From an uncultured Candidatus Saccharibacteria bacterium (GTDB lineage: Bacteria; Patescibacteriota; WWE3; JAUXAW01; CAYREW01), in NCBI GenBank assembly GCA_964451675.1, contig CAYVIL010000001.1, positions 1 through 61,276 of the forward strand: 61,276 nucleotides of DNA, written 5' to 3'. The translations under genes and the position numbers were made by a program. Positions 1-6,649 of the stretch are shown in pieces. The first letter of the stretch is position 1. Every line of letters begins with the position of its first letter. The notes under the pieces are model-generated. The model did not search any database. It had not been told where the DNA came from and worked only from the letters and a program-made list of their open reading frames with translations.

Positions 1-41
1 AACCAGGTTTCCGTCACCCAACTCTGATCAATCCCTGCCAT
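1..41 (-). CDS. 5' end of an unidentified gene running off the left edge (MAGIDQSWVTETW...)
   Basis: ATG at 41..39 on the minus strand, with GGAGG (55..51) 9 nt upstream. The frame is open to the window edge. Only 13 codons are visible. Confidence 0.25.
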   Translation of the reverse strand, partial: MAGIDQSWVTETW

Positions 42-251
42 TTCTGCTTTCCTCCTCACCACCTATGTGGCAATAATGTTTAACTTGTTAAAGTACACAG
101 AGTTGCCACTTAGTGGCAACTGAGTTTTCATTGCTGCTAAATAAACAGCGATTGATTTAACCGCAGCTTATTTTAGCCTTCCATATTACCACACTATAAG
201 GCAATAGTCAATATAATTATGCCAAAAAACGCAAAAAGCAAAACCAGAAGC

Positions 252-277
252 TTGCCTACATAAAATTATGCTATAAT
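252..277 (+). promoter_or_regulatory. Candidate promoter of the 78-aa ORF: TTGCCT (252..257) and extended -10 TGcTATAAT (269..277)
   Basis: Read directly. The 14-nt spacer is short, but the TGn extended -10 could compensate. A GAGGAGGGAG Shine-Dalgarno follows before the ATG at 314. Confidence 0.4.
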
Positions 278-313
278 ACACTTAGCAAAACAGAACCAAA
301 GAGGAGGGAGCGT

Positions 314-550
314 ATGTTTGAACTACTGCTTAATCTATTCATACTGGCTGTATGGATAGCTGTGATTCTTTTTATCGGAGCTGTGGTGCTTTTCGCTCTT
401 GTTGCAGGAATCATGCTACTAATGGAGGCTGCCTGCAACCCAATTTTTTGGCTCGCTGTTGCCGCTGTTATTGCAATAGCAACAACACTAATAACAGTGA
501 TAGTTATTACTTACATCCTTTACCGTAAACACAAGAACAGAAACAACTGA
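314..550 (+). CDS. Small hydrophobic membrane protein (78 aa)
   Basis: Strong SD (GAGGAGGGAG) 4-5 nt before the ATG. The sequence is almost entirely hydrophobic with a basic C-terminus (YRKHKNRNN), and a hairpin terminator follows immediately. Confidence 0.5.
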   Translation: MFELLLNLFILAVWIAVILFIGAVVLFALVAGIMLLMEAACNPIFWLAVAAVIAIATTLITVIVITYILYRKHKNRNN

Positions 551-552
551 CA

Positions 553-587
553 GGCCTGACCTAAAAAAGGTTAGGCCCTTGATTTTT
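553..587 (+). terminator. Rho-independent terminator after the 78-aa ORF
   Basis: Stem ggcctgacc (553..561) pairs with ggttaggcc (569..577), with one G-U pair and loop taaaaaa. A T-rich run (gattttt) follows. Confidence 0.6.
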
Positions 588-604
588 CATCCCCGTTTGG
601 TATA

Positions 605-613
605 TGTTATATT
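605..613 (+). promoter_or_regulatory. Extended -10 (TGtTATATT) 9 nt upstream of the thioredoxin-like ATG
   Basis: TG at 605..606 and hexamer at 608..613. There is no SD in the 9-nt gap to ATG 623. Confidence 0.5.
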
Positions 614-622
614 GTCTCAACT

Positions 623-895
623 ATGAAAGTTATCAAAATTGGTGCTGTCTGGTGTCCGGATTGCTTAGTAATGCGTCCTCGCTGGGCAGAAATCGAAAAC
701 GAATATCCAGAACTGGAAACGGAATATTACGATTACGATAATGATCAAGACGAGATTGATATGTACGATGTCGAAGCGGAAAGGCTTCCCGTCTTTATTT
801 TTTTAGACAACGACGGTGAAGAGATTACGAGTTTTAGCGGGGAATACAGTAAAGAAGATTTGGAAGAAATTCTGGCAGAACATGGGTTCATATAG
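623..895 (+). CDS. Small thioredoxin/glutaredoxin-fold protein with a WCPDC redox motif
   Basis: KIGAVWCPDC is a CxxC active site after beta1. The 90-aa size and acidic C-terminal half also fit the thioredoxin superfamily. Confidence 0.8.
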   Translation: MKVIKIGAVWCPDCLVMRPRWAEIENEYPELETEYYDYDNDQDEIDMYDVEAERLPVFIFLDNDGEEITSFSGEYSKEDLEEILAEHGFI

Positions 896-1008
896 CCTTG
901 GGGAAACACCGCACTTAAAATCATATTTTTGTACCTTAAATACAGCAGGTTTCCTCACCAATCTTTTATCTTAAAAACATTAACTAACTTTACTAACTTA
1001 TCACTATA

Positions 1009-1260
1009 ATGTTCAGTAACAATAAAAGCCTAACCTTAATCCTATTATCTATAATCCTCATAAATCTAATTTATCCAACCCCAACGTTGGCCCAACAAAC
1101 AAATTAAAACAAAGTTATAGTTCATTTTTTTGGGGAGATAAGAACAGCAGACGTATCTTTACCCGCACGCTCAATAATATTAGAACTCCTAGATGGATTC
1201 AATCCTTGTGCTATGTGGGCTCTACTGTTTCTGATTAGCTTACTGCTAAAAAATGGTTAA
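1009..1260 (+). pseudogene. Decayed remnant of a secreted or membrane thiol-disulfide protein
   Basis: One reading frame gives MFSNNKSLTLILLSIILINLIYPTPTLAQQTN*NKVIVHFFGEIRTADVSLPARSIILELLDGFNPCAMWALLFLISLLLKNG*. That is a signal peptide, an in-frame TAA at 1105..1107, a fragment of a thioredoxin-like beta1 strand (KVIVHFF) and one Cys-containing TM helix, followed by a stop. It is far too short to be functional. Confidence 0.4.
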
Positions 1261-1267
1261 TGTTCGG

Positions 1268-2200
1268 CTAAAAACTTAAGATTTCCGCTTCAACCTGCTC
1301 TTTCCTTATACGGAGAACACCAAATTTAAGAAGTGCTTTAATTGAAAGTTCTGTCCCTAAGGTAGCTAACACCATTATAGGAGCGGAAAATATTCTTAAG
1401 ACAATAAAAAGAGCTATCCCCAAAAATAAGGGGATGTATTTTAGAAACGGCTGTACTAAATTGTTTACCTGCTGCTCAATAACAAGACGAACACCATCGG
1501 CGGTAAGTCCGGGAATACTCCTTTCACGGATAAGTTCATCCATTATCTCCGAATCCGGCCTTAATAAAGACTTCTTCTGCTCCTCCGTTAAGTCCTCACT
1601 ACTTTCTAGTATTGAACGCGCCTCTGTTTTAAAAGCCTCCTCGTCTAAAAGCAATGTTCTCCCTCCCATTCCCAAACCGACGAAAACATTTTCAACAACT
1701 TGATTAGTAACAGAGCGCGGCAAGGTAATCCGTTCTGGCGTAAATTGAATACTATAAAGTCCTAGACCAATACTAAGAAGAATAACGAGAAGCATAAACA
1801 AATTTTCCAAATAATCTTCAAAAATCTCGCCAATATTCAATTCAGTAAAAAGGTGCGCCTTAGCATGAATTTTTTGGACGAAATAGTAAACTAGTAATAT
1901 CGAAATAATTAAAGCAGGAATATATATAACCATCTGATTGATCAACAAAACCATAGGAGCAACTACTACAACAGCTAAAAGAATCTGAAGATATTTATTA
2001 CTGAATAAATAACCACTTAGAGAAGAGAAGTTCATTGTTAAAACAAAAGCTATAAAAGAAGCAATCCCTAAAATTACAAAGTTAGTAACATTCAAAGGAA
2101 AATTCTCAATAAGCAGCGAAGTAGCCCACCAAAAACCAGATGAGGCAAGAAAGCTGAGTACAACCAGTGTTATTTTCGTGCCAAGAATTTTCCTGTTCAT
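1268..2200 (-). CDS. Polytopic membrane protein of unknown function; paralogue of 26260..27216
   Basis: 310 aa with multiple TM helices. The start overlaps the gap stop codon (ATGA at 2197..2200). It shares sequence landmarks with the 318-aa ORF at 26260..27216. Confidence 0.7.
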   Translation of the reverse strand: MNRKILGTKITLVVLSFLASSGFWWATSLLIENFPLNVTNFVILGIASFIAFVLTMNFSSLSGYLFSNKYLQILLAVVVVAPMVLLINQMVIYIPALIISILLVYYFVQKIHAKAHLFTELNIGEIFEDYLENLFMLLVILLSIGLGLYSIQFTPERITLPRSVTNQVVENVFVGLGMGGRTLLLDEEAFKTEARSILESSEDLTEEQKKSLLRPDSEIMDELIRERSIPGLTADGVRLVIEQQVNNLVQPFLKYIPLFLGIALFIVLRIFSAPIMVLATLGTELSIKALLKFGVLRIRKEQVEAEILSF

Positions 2201-3201
2201 GCAATAAGATTTACCAAATCAGCTAATCGAGAGGCGTAGCCATATTCATTATCGTACCAAGCCACAACTTTAATAAGATTTCCTTCCAAAACTTCAGTAA
2301 GGGCTAAATCTACAATAGCTGATGCTGAATTACCGATTATGTCCAAGGAAACCAAACTATCAGAATCATCAACCGCAAGTATATTTCGCATCGAGCTATC
2401 TGCTGCACTCCTTAAAGCATTGTTAACTTCTGTTACATCTGTATCACCTTTAACATAAGCAACAAGCTCAACCACAGAACCACAAAGAACAGGAACGCGG
2501 TAGGCCATACCGCTAAGCTTCCCCTCTAACTGCGGTATTACTTTTGTTACTGCTACAGCAGCACCTGTAGGCTGAGGAATAGCTGCACTAAACGCTGCAC
2601 GGGTTCTCCGTAGATTTTTGCTTGGACCATCAACAAGATTTTGAGTCGAGGTTACTGCATGTACTGTTATTAAATGAGCTGAATTTATCCCAAATGTATC
2701 ATTAAGAACTTTTACCACCGGTGCGGCACAGTTTGTGGTGCAGGAAGCATTAGAAATAATGCGGTGTTTAGAAAAATTTAAAGACTGATCATTGACCCCG
2801 AGCACAACAGTATAATCAGCACTTTTAGAATTAGCTGAAATAATAACTTTTTCAGCACCTGCGCCTAAGTGTTTTTTTGCATCATCACGGTCTGTAAACA
2901 ATCCGGTAGACTCGATCACTGTTTCCACATCCAAATCTTTCCAAGGCAGCGCTGCCGGATCTTTTTCGCTAAAAACTTTTATTTCTTGGCCACCTACCAA
3001 CATTCTATCCCCACTAACCTCAACATCAAAAGAAAATTCGCCGTAGACCGTATCTTTCCCCAAAAGGTGAGCGAGCATATCTACATTAGTAAGATCATTA
3101 ATAGCAACTACTGAAATGTCTTCTTGAAGGTTACGATTAAAAATTGAGCGGAGTGTGGCTCGGCCAATACGACCGAAACCATTAATTGCAATACGTGACA
3201 T
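2197..3201 (-). CDS. gap: Glyceraldehyde-3-phosphate dehydrogenase, type I
   Basis: INGFGRIGR (NAD-binding site), SNASCTTNCAAP (catalytic Cys) and C-terminal WYDNEYGY are present in a 334-aa protein. Confidence 0.95.
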   Translation of the reverse strand: MSRIAINGFGRIGRATLRSIFNRNLQEDISVVAINDLTNVDMLAHLLGKDTVYGEFSFDVEVSGDRMLVGGQEIKVFSEKDPAALPWKDLDVETVIESTGLFTDRDDAKKHLGAGAEKVIISANSKSADYTVVLGVNDQSLNFSKHRIISNASCTTNCAAPVVKVLNDTFGINSAHLITVHAVTSTQNLVDGPSKNLRRTRAAFSAAIPQPTGAAVAVTKVIPQLEGKLSGMAYRVPVLCGSVVELVAYVKGDTDVTEVNNALRSAADSSMRNILAVDDSDSLVSLDIIGNSASAIVDLALTEVLEGNLIKVVAWYDNEYGYASRLADLVNLIA

Positions 3202-3209
3202 GTAGTGTT

Positions 3210-3218
3210 AATTTAACA
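3210..3218 (-). promoter_or_regulatory. Extended -10 (TGtTAAATT) 8 nt upstream of the gap ATG
   Basis: The minus strand reads TGTTAAATT-aacactac-ATG, with no SD. Confidence 0.5.
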
Positions 3219-3263
3219 CAGCAGTACTAGAGAGACAATAAGGTACCGTGATGTAGCAAGAAG

Positions 3264-3313
3264 AAATCCTAAGCTTTAAATCCCTGCCGGCAGGGGTTTC
3301 GATATTAGGATTT
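3264..3313 (-). terminator. Nested hairpin downstream of the LCP gene
   Basis: Outer arms aaatcctaa (3264..3272) and ttaggattt (3305..3313) enclose the GC palindrome ccctgccggcaggg (3282..3295). The structure lies 21 nt after the LCP stop. Confidence 0.45.
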
Positions 3314-3333
3314 AGTATTTAAAAGGGGATTAA

Positions 3334-4461
3334 TTAATCACCGAAAAGGAGTTTCTGCACATAGGCCTGGATCTCAGAAAAGTCACCCGCGCGCGGCACT
3401 AGCACATATTGCCCGCCATACGGTGCTCTGTTACTAGGAGCATAAAGAAAGCCTCCTTCTCCATCAGTCCCGTCAATCACCAGAGTTTTTACTTCCCAGG
3501 CAGCACCGAACTTGTCATAAATATGATACAGTTGCTCCAACTCAAACAGATCCAAATCCGTATCTACCGCGTCCTGTCCAGCCCTCCAGAGCTCCTTTAT
3601 CGTTGAGAAATCTGTAATATTCAAATCTAACAATTTATCCTTTACTGCTAATATTACTTTTTGCTGCCGTCTTGCCCTAGCAAAATCTGTTCCTTCCGCC
3701 CCAAGAGCGTGACGCGATCTGGCGTATTTTAAAGCAGTAACCCCATCCATAAGCTGTTTACCTGCGTCAAAATGTACATGCTCATATCGACACCAATACT
3801 TATATTGCTCTCTTTCCCTCTCGTCAGGATCTTCAATATCCTCTGCCGCAGCAGCCTCTGCCTCATCTATACCACAAAGGGCATTTTCCTTCCCAGGAAT
3901 TGGAAAATAGTAATCATCAAAAGCCTGTTCAACATTTACCTCTATACCCCCTAAAATATCTATACCTTTTCTAAAACCTTCAAAATCAACCATCGCGTAG
4001 TAATGAACAGGGAGCCCCGAAACCCCACTTACAGTGTTCTTAACAGTTTCTACACCTCCGTAAGAATATGCTGAATTTATTTTCGAATAATAATCTTTTT
4101 CTATCCTCACCCAAAGATCGCGAGGCAAAGAAACTAGTAGTGCCTCCTGCTCCTTCGGTGATAAGGAGACTAAAATTATGGTGTCTGTTAAAGTACCTCC
4201 AACCTCAGAGTCTAAACGGCGGTCTAATCCCAAAAGTAATATATTAGTCCGCCCTTCGGTACTTTCTAAACCAGAAGAGGAAACAATCCTTGAAAACACA
4301 GAAACAGGCTTAATAAGACTTACAAAAGAAAGGCTTAAAAATAATTTACCAAGTAGCAAAAAAACAGCAATAAAAACAGACCAAAAAACTACCTTTTTTA
4401 CTATAGACTTCTTTTTTCTACTGGAACTTTTAGATCTAATATTCCTATATTTTCTAGCCAT
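3334..4461 (-). CDS. LytR-CpsA-Psr (LCP) family cell-envelope glycopolymer transferase
   Basis: N-terminal basic region plus TM, then NILLLGLDRR...TDTIILVSL...LVSLPRDLWV...INSAYSYGG...VHYYAMVDFEGFRKGIDILGGIEV. SD AAGGAG lies 9 nt upstream of the start. Confidence 0.85.
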   Translation of the reverse strand: MARKYRNIRSKSSSRKKKSIVKKVVFWSVFIAVFLLLGKLFLSLSFVSLIKPVSVFSRIVSSSGLESTEGRTNILLLGLDRRLDSEVGGTLTDTIILVSLSPKEQEALLVSLPRDLWVRIEKDYYSKINSAYSYGGVETVKNTVSGVSGLPVHYYAMVDFEGFRKGIDILGGIEVNVEQAFDDYYFPIPGKENALCGIDEAEAAAAEDIEDPDEREREQYKYWCRYEHVHFDAGKQLMDGVTALKYARSRHALGAEGTDFARARRQQKVILAVKDKLLDLNITDFSTIKELWRAGQDAVDTDLDLFELEQLYHIYDKFGAAWEVKTLVIDGTDGEGGFLYAPSNRAPYGGQYVLVPRAGDFSEIQAYVQKLLFGD

Positions 4462-5250
4462 TTAAACTAACTCCTTATATAAATTAGATAACTTCTCTAT
4501 CTCTTCGTGAGTCCGTGTTTCTCCCACAGCTTCCAAACAGGCAAAAGCAACTGGTATCTGTCCATAGATATCGGCGGTTTGCTCATTAGCTACCAAAGCA
4601 TCCAAAAGAATCTGGCGCTTGGTAAAGTCGCTTGATTTCCAGCTGTCACTCCACCTTGTTTGTTCTGAAGAAACAGAAAGTATTTGATCTTCACCCCACA
4701 GACCCTGCAGTGTTTTTTGCAACAAATCAGAATTAGGAACAGCTAAATTCTTAACCGAGTTAACAACTATAGCTATAAGATTGCTAATAGCTGCAAACTC
4801 ATCCGTCATAATAAGCACAGAACCAGACTTAACCTCATGCTCCCTTAACCATTTTAGCTTTTCACTGTGTGACAGTGTACTTAACAAACTAGCGTCGGCA
4901 AATCGTGTTCCTTGCCCATCTATAACTAAGTAGTAAGGCTTGTCCAACGTATTGTAAACCGACAAACCGTAGTAACCTGCTCTTTTCAACTCTACTGGAA
5001 ATGACCCATCTATATACCTTTTATTCCCTCTAAAATAGGCCACTGCTCGATCACAACCAGGAAAAAAACCAGATAAAGGTCCTGTTGCTATTATTAATGT
5101 ATTCGACCTATTATTACGATCTTTTAAATCAGCAGATATTTTTAATGCAAAACCTAAACCACCCACGTAAGGTTCTAAATCAGCGTGCAGCTTCGGTTCT
5201 GCTAATTTAGTAGCTAGATCCACATACAAAAATCTCTTTTTATTATCCAC
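4462..5250 (-). CDS. Stand-alone aldehyde:ferredoxin oxidoreductase N-terminal (AFOR_N)-like domain protein
   Basis: FLYVDL..., GGLGFALKI, LIIATGPLSG and ELKRAGYYGLSVYN..KPYYLVIDGQGTRFADASLL run parallel to the N-domain of tungsten AORs. There is no CxxCxxxC cluster or pterin domain. I place the start at GTG 5250, because a perfect TGtTATAAT lies 10 nt upstream. The ORF-track ATG at 5340 abuts the upstream terminator T-tract. Confidence 0.65.
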   Translation of the reverse strand: MDNKKRFLYVDLATKLAEPKLHADLEPYVGGLGFALKISADLKDRNNRSNTLIIATGPLSGFFPGCDRAVAYFRGNKRYIDGSFPVELKRAGYYGLSVYNTLDKPYYLVIDGQGTRFADASLLSTLSHSEKLKWLREHEVKSGSVLIMTDEFAAISNLIAIVVNSVKNLAVPNSDLLQKTLQGLWGEDQILSVSSEQTRWSDSWKSSDFTKRQILLDALVANEQTADIYGQIPVAFACLEAVGETRTHEEIEKLSNLYKELV

Positions 5251-5260
5251 AGCAGGGGTA

Positions 5261-5269
5261 ATTATAACA
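5261..5269 (-). promoter_or_regulatory. Consensus extended -10 (TGtTATAAT) 10 nt upstream of GTG 5250
   Basis: The minus strand reads TGTTATAAT-tacccctgct-GTG. Confidence 0.55.
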
Positions 5270-5292
5270 TGGGAGGTGGGACATGGGAGGTG
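5267..5292. repeat. 12-nt direct repeat acatgggaggtg x2 (5267..5278 and 5281..5292) over the AFOR_N-like promoter
   Basis: Two exact copies are separated by gg. On the minus strand they cover the TGn of the -10 and the -35 position. Confidence 0.6.
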
Positions 5293-5354
5293 AGAAACAC
5301 CCAGCCAAGGAAAGCAAAGAGCTGAGCAACTGAAAAACATAAAAACAATAAGTT

Positions 5355-5386
5355 CGCCCTTGAGTGCAATATTAGACTCAAGGGCG
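5355..5386 (-). terminator. Rho-independent terminator of the three-gene cassette
   Basis: A perfect 11-bp stem, cgcccttgagt (5355..5365) with actcaagggcg (5376..5386), has a 10-nt loop. On the minus strand it is followed by AACTTATTGTTTTT (5354..5341). Confidence 0.75.
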
Positions 5387-5399
5387 GTGCTAACTTACG

Positions 5400-5780
5400 C
5401 TAAGTAGACTCCTCCTTTTGGAGCAGACGCTGGTAGATTGCCCACGCCACAGGGTGAAGCCCGTTGGGTAATCTACATTTGATCGCTGTTTCTGCTGCAG
5501 AAAAGAAAACTGCATGCTGACCTTTTACAGAAGCGCGTATCTTTTCAAGGTCCCTGTCTCTGGAATTACCAATACCCAAAAGTAAACTCTGCAAAGGTGT
5601 GCGAGGCGAAGAAAGTTTCTCCATCCACACATATTTTTCTGCCAGCTCATCCAAAGAAGCACGGCTTGTTCTGCAAGTTACTGAGACATCCCCATCACTA
5701 TCAACAGCTAATATAGAATCCTGCAAACTACCCATACCTGCCAAAACCTGGACAACATCCTCCGGACCTTTTATCAGCAT
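5400..5780 (-). CDS. Cassette protein C (126 aa), unknown function
   Basis: GGAGG (5788..5792) lies 7 nt upstream of the ATG, and the ORF overlaps protein B by 7 nt. I recognise no family motif. The N-terminal VLAGMGSLQDSILAVDSDGDV is only vaguely Roadblock/LC7-like. Confidence 0.6.
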   Translation of the reverse strand: MLIKGPEDVVQVLAGMGSLQDSILAVDSDGDVSVTCRTSRASLDELAEKYVWMEKLSSPRTPLQSLLLGIGNSRDRDLEKIRASVKGQHAVFFSAAETAIKCRLPNGLHPVAWAIYQRLLQKEEST

Positions 5781-6181
5781 AACACAACCTCCTGAAGGCT
5801 AAGTGCCACTCTCCTTGCAATAGCTAAAGCAGATAACCATTCGCGGCAAATTGTAAGGTCTGGACAATGATACTGCCTAATTGTTTCCTCATCCTTAAAT
5901 TCCAAACCTACTACCACAGTAATTTCCCTGGTAAGTTCAAATACCTCAGCCCAAGTTATCGATCCTTTACCTATTCTGTTTTGTGCAGTATGCAAACTTC
6001 TCGGGTTACCGTAAATAAGAGCTAAATCAAACTCTTCTTGCAAAAGCATCTTTCTTAGTTCAGAAAGATCAGCAACTCGAGTTACAGCTATATTTAGATT
6101 TGTGAGTTCGCCCTCGCGCGCGTCAGGCTCAGAACTTTTATGAACAGTAACCGGCAGATAGATTACTTTACCTCTCCACAT
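5774..6181 (-). CDS. Cassette protein B (135 aa), unknown function
   Basis: GGAGG (6188..6192) lies 6 nt upstream of the ATG, and the ORF overlaps protein A by 14 nt. It has an alternating beta/alpha-looking pattern and no recognisable motif. Confidence 0.6.
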   Translation of the reverse strand: MWRGKVIYLPVTVHKSSEPDAREGELTNLNIAVTRVADLSELRKMLLQEEFDLALIYGNPRSLHTAQNRIGKGSITWAEVFELTREITVVVGLEFKDEETIRQYHCPDLTICREWLSALAIARRVALSLQEVVLC

Positions 6182-6554
6182 TCGCCACCTCCACTGCTTC
6201 TTCCGGCAAAGTCGGTATTCCAGCTTCGCGCCATTTGTCCATAATCTGTACTGTCAAATTCCTAATCCGCCGCGCTTCTTCGGGATTAAAAGAATCAGGA
6301 ATCCGAGCAATTGCAATAAACGTCAGGGTTGCATCAAACCCTTTTTCAATGCGAATTGCTGCTGGCCGATAATCACTTAAACCTACCCGCCATTCAAGGG
6401 AATTACCGCGCATATACGTCCGTACCATGCCTGGAGTTGGTGCACAGCAGGGATAATCCCTGTCCCACTGGTAACCGTTTCTGTACCAAACCAACCAAAT
6501 CTGGTCGAGAACTTTCTGCGACAAGTTATTTATAGTAAGTGCGCCTTCAACCAT
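6168..6554 (-). CDS. Cassette protein A (128 aa), unknown function, Trp-rich
   Basis: GGAGG (6561..6565) lies 6 nt upstream of ATG 6554. The ORF-track start at 6557 is a TTG one codon earlier. No recognisable motif. Confidence 0.6.
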   Translation of the reverse strand: MVEGALTINNLSQKVLDQIWLVWYRNGYQWDRDYPCCAPTPGMVRTYMRGNSLEWRVGLSDYRPAAIRIEKGFDATLTFIAIARIPDSFNPEEARRIRNLTVQIMDKWREAGIPTLPEEAVEVANVER

Positions 6555-6603
6555 CAATCTCCTCCTTTGCTTATCTGTAAGACCTGCTTATCCGGGTTAA
6601 AAG

Positions 6604-6632
6604 ATTATAACAGCAGCACAACTATCTAGCAA
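6604..6632 (-). promoter_or_regulatory. Near-consensus sigma70-type promoter of the cassette: TTGCTA-17 nt-TATAAT
   Basis: On the minus strand the -35 is at 6632..6627 and the -10 at 6609..6604, with an exact 17-nt spacer. The leader to the SD and ATG is about 40 nt. Confidence 0.7.
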
Positions 6633-6649
6633 TCTTATAGGGTCGGGGG

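Noticed and set aside
1105-1107. In-frame TAA in the 1009..1260 frame, considered as stop-codon reassignment or readthrough.
   Set aside because: TAA terminates many well-defined genes in this window (dnaK, the LCP gene, the cassette, virB4 and others). The downstream part also lacks most of the expected protein, so decay is the simpler explanation.
5400-6557. Claiming the three-gene cassette is a horizontally acquired island on the basis of GC content.
   Set aside because: By eye it is more GC-rich than the neighbouring membrane-protein genes, but dnaK next door looks similarly GC-rich. Without a computed GC3 or codon-usage comparison the compositional argument is not safe. I rely only on the promoter, SD and terminator architecture and the lack of recognisable families.
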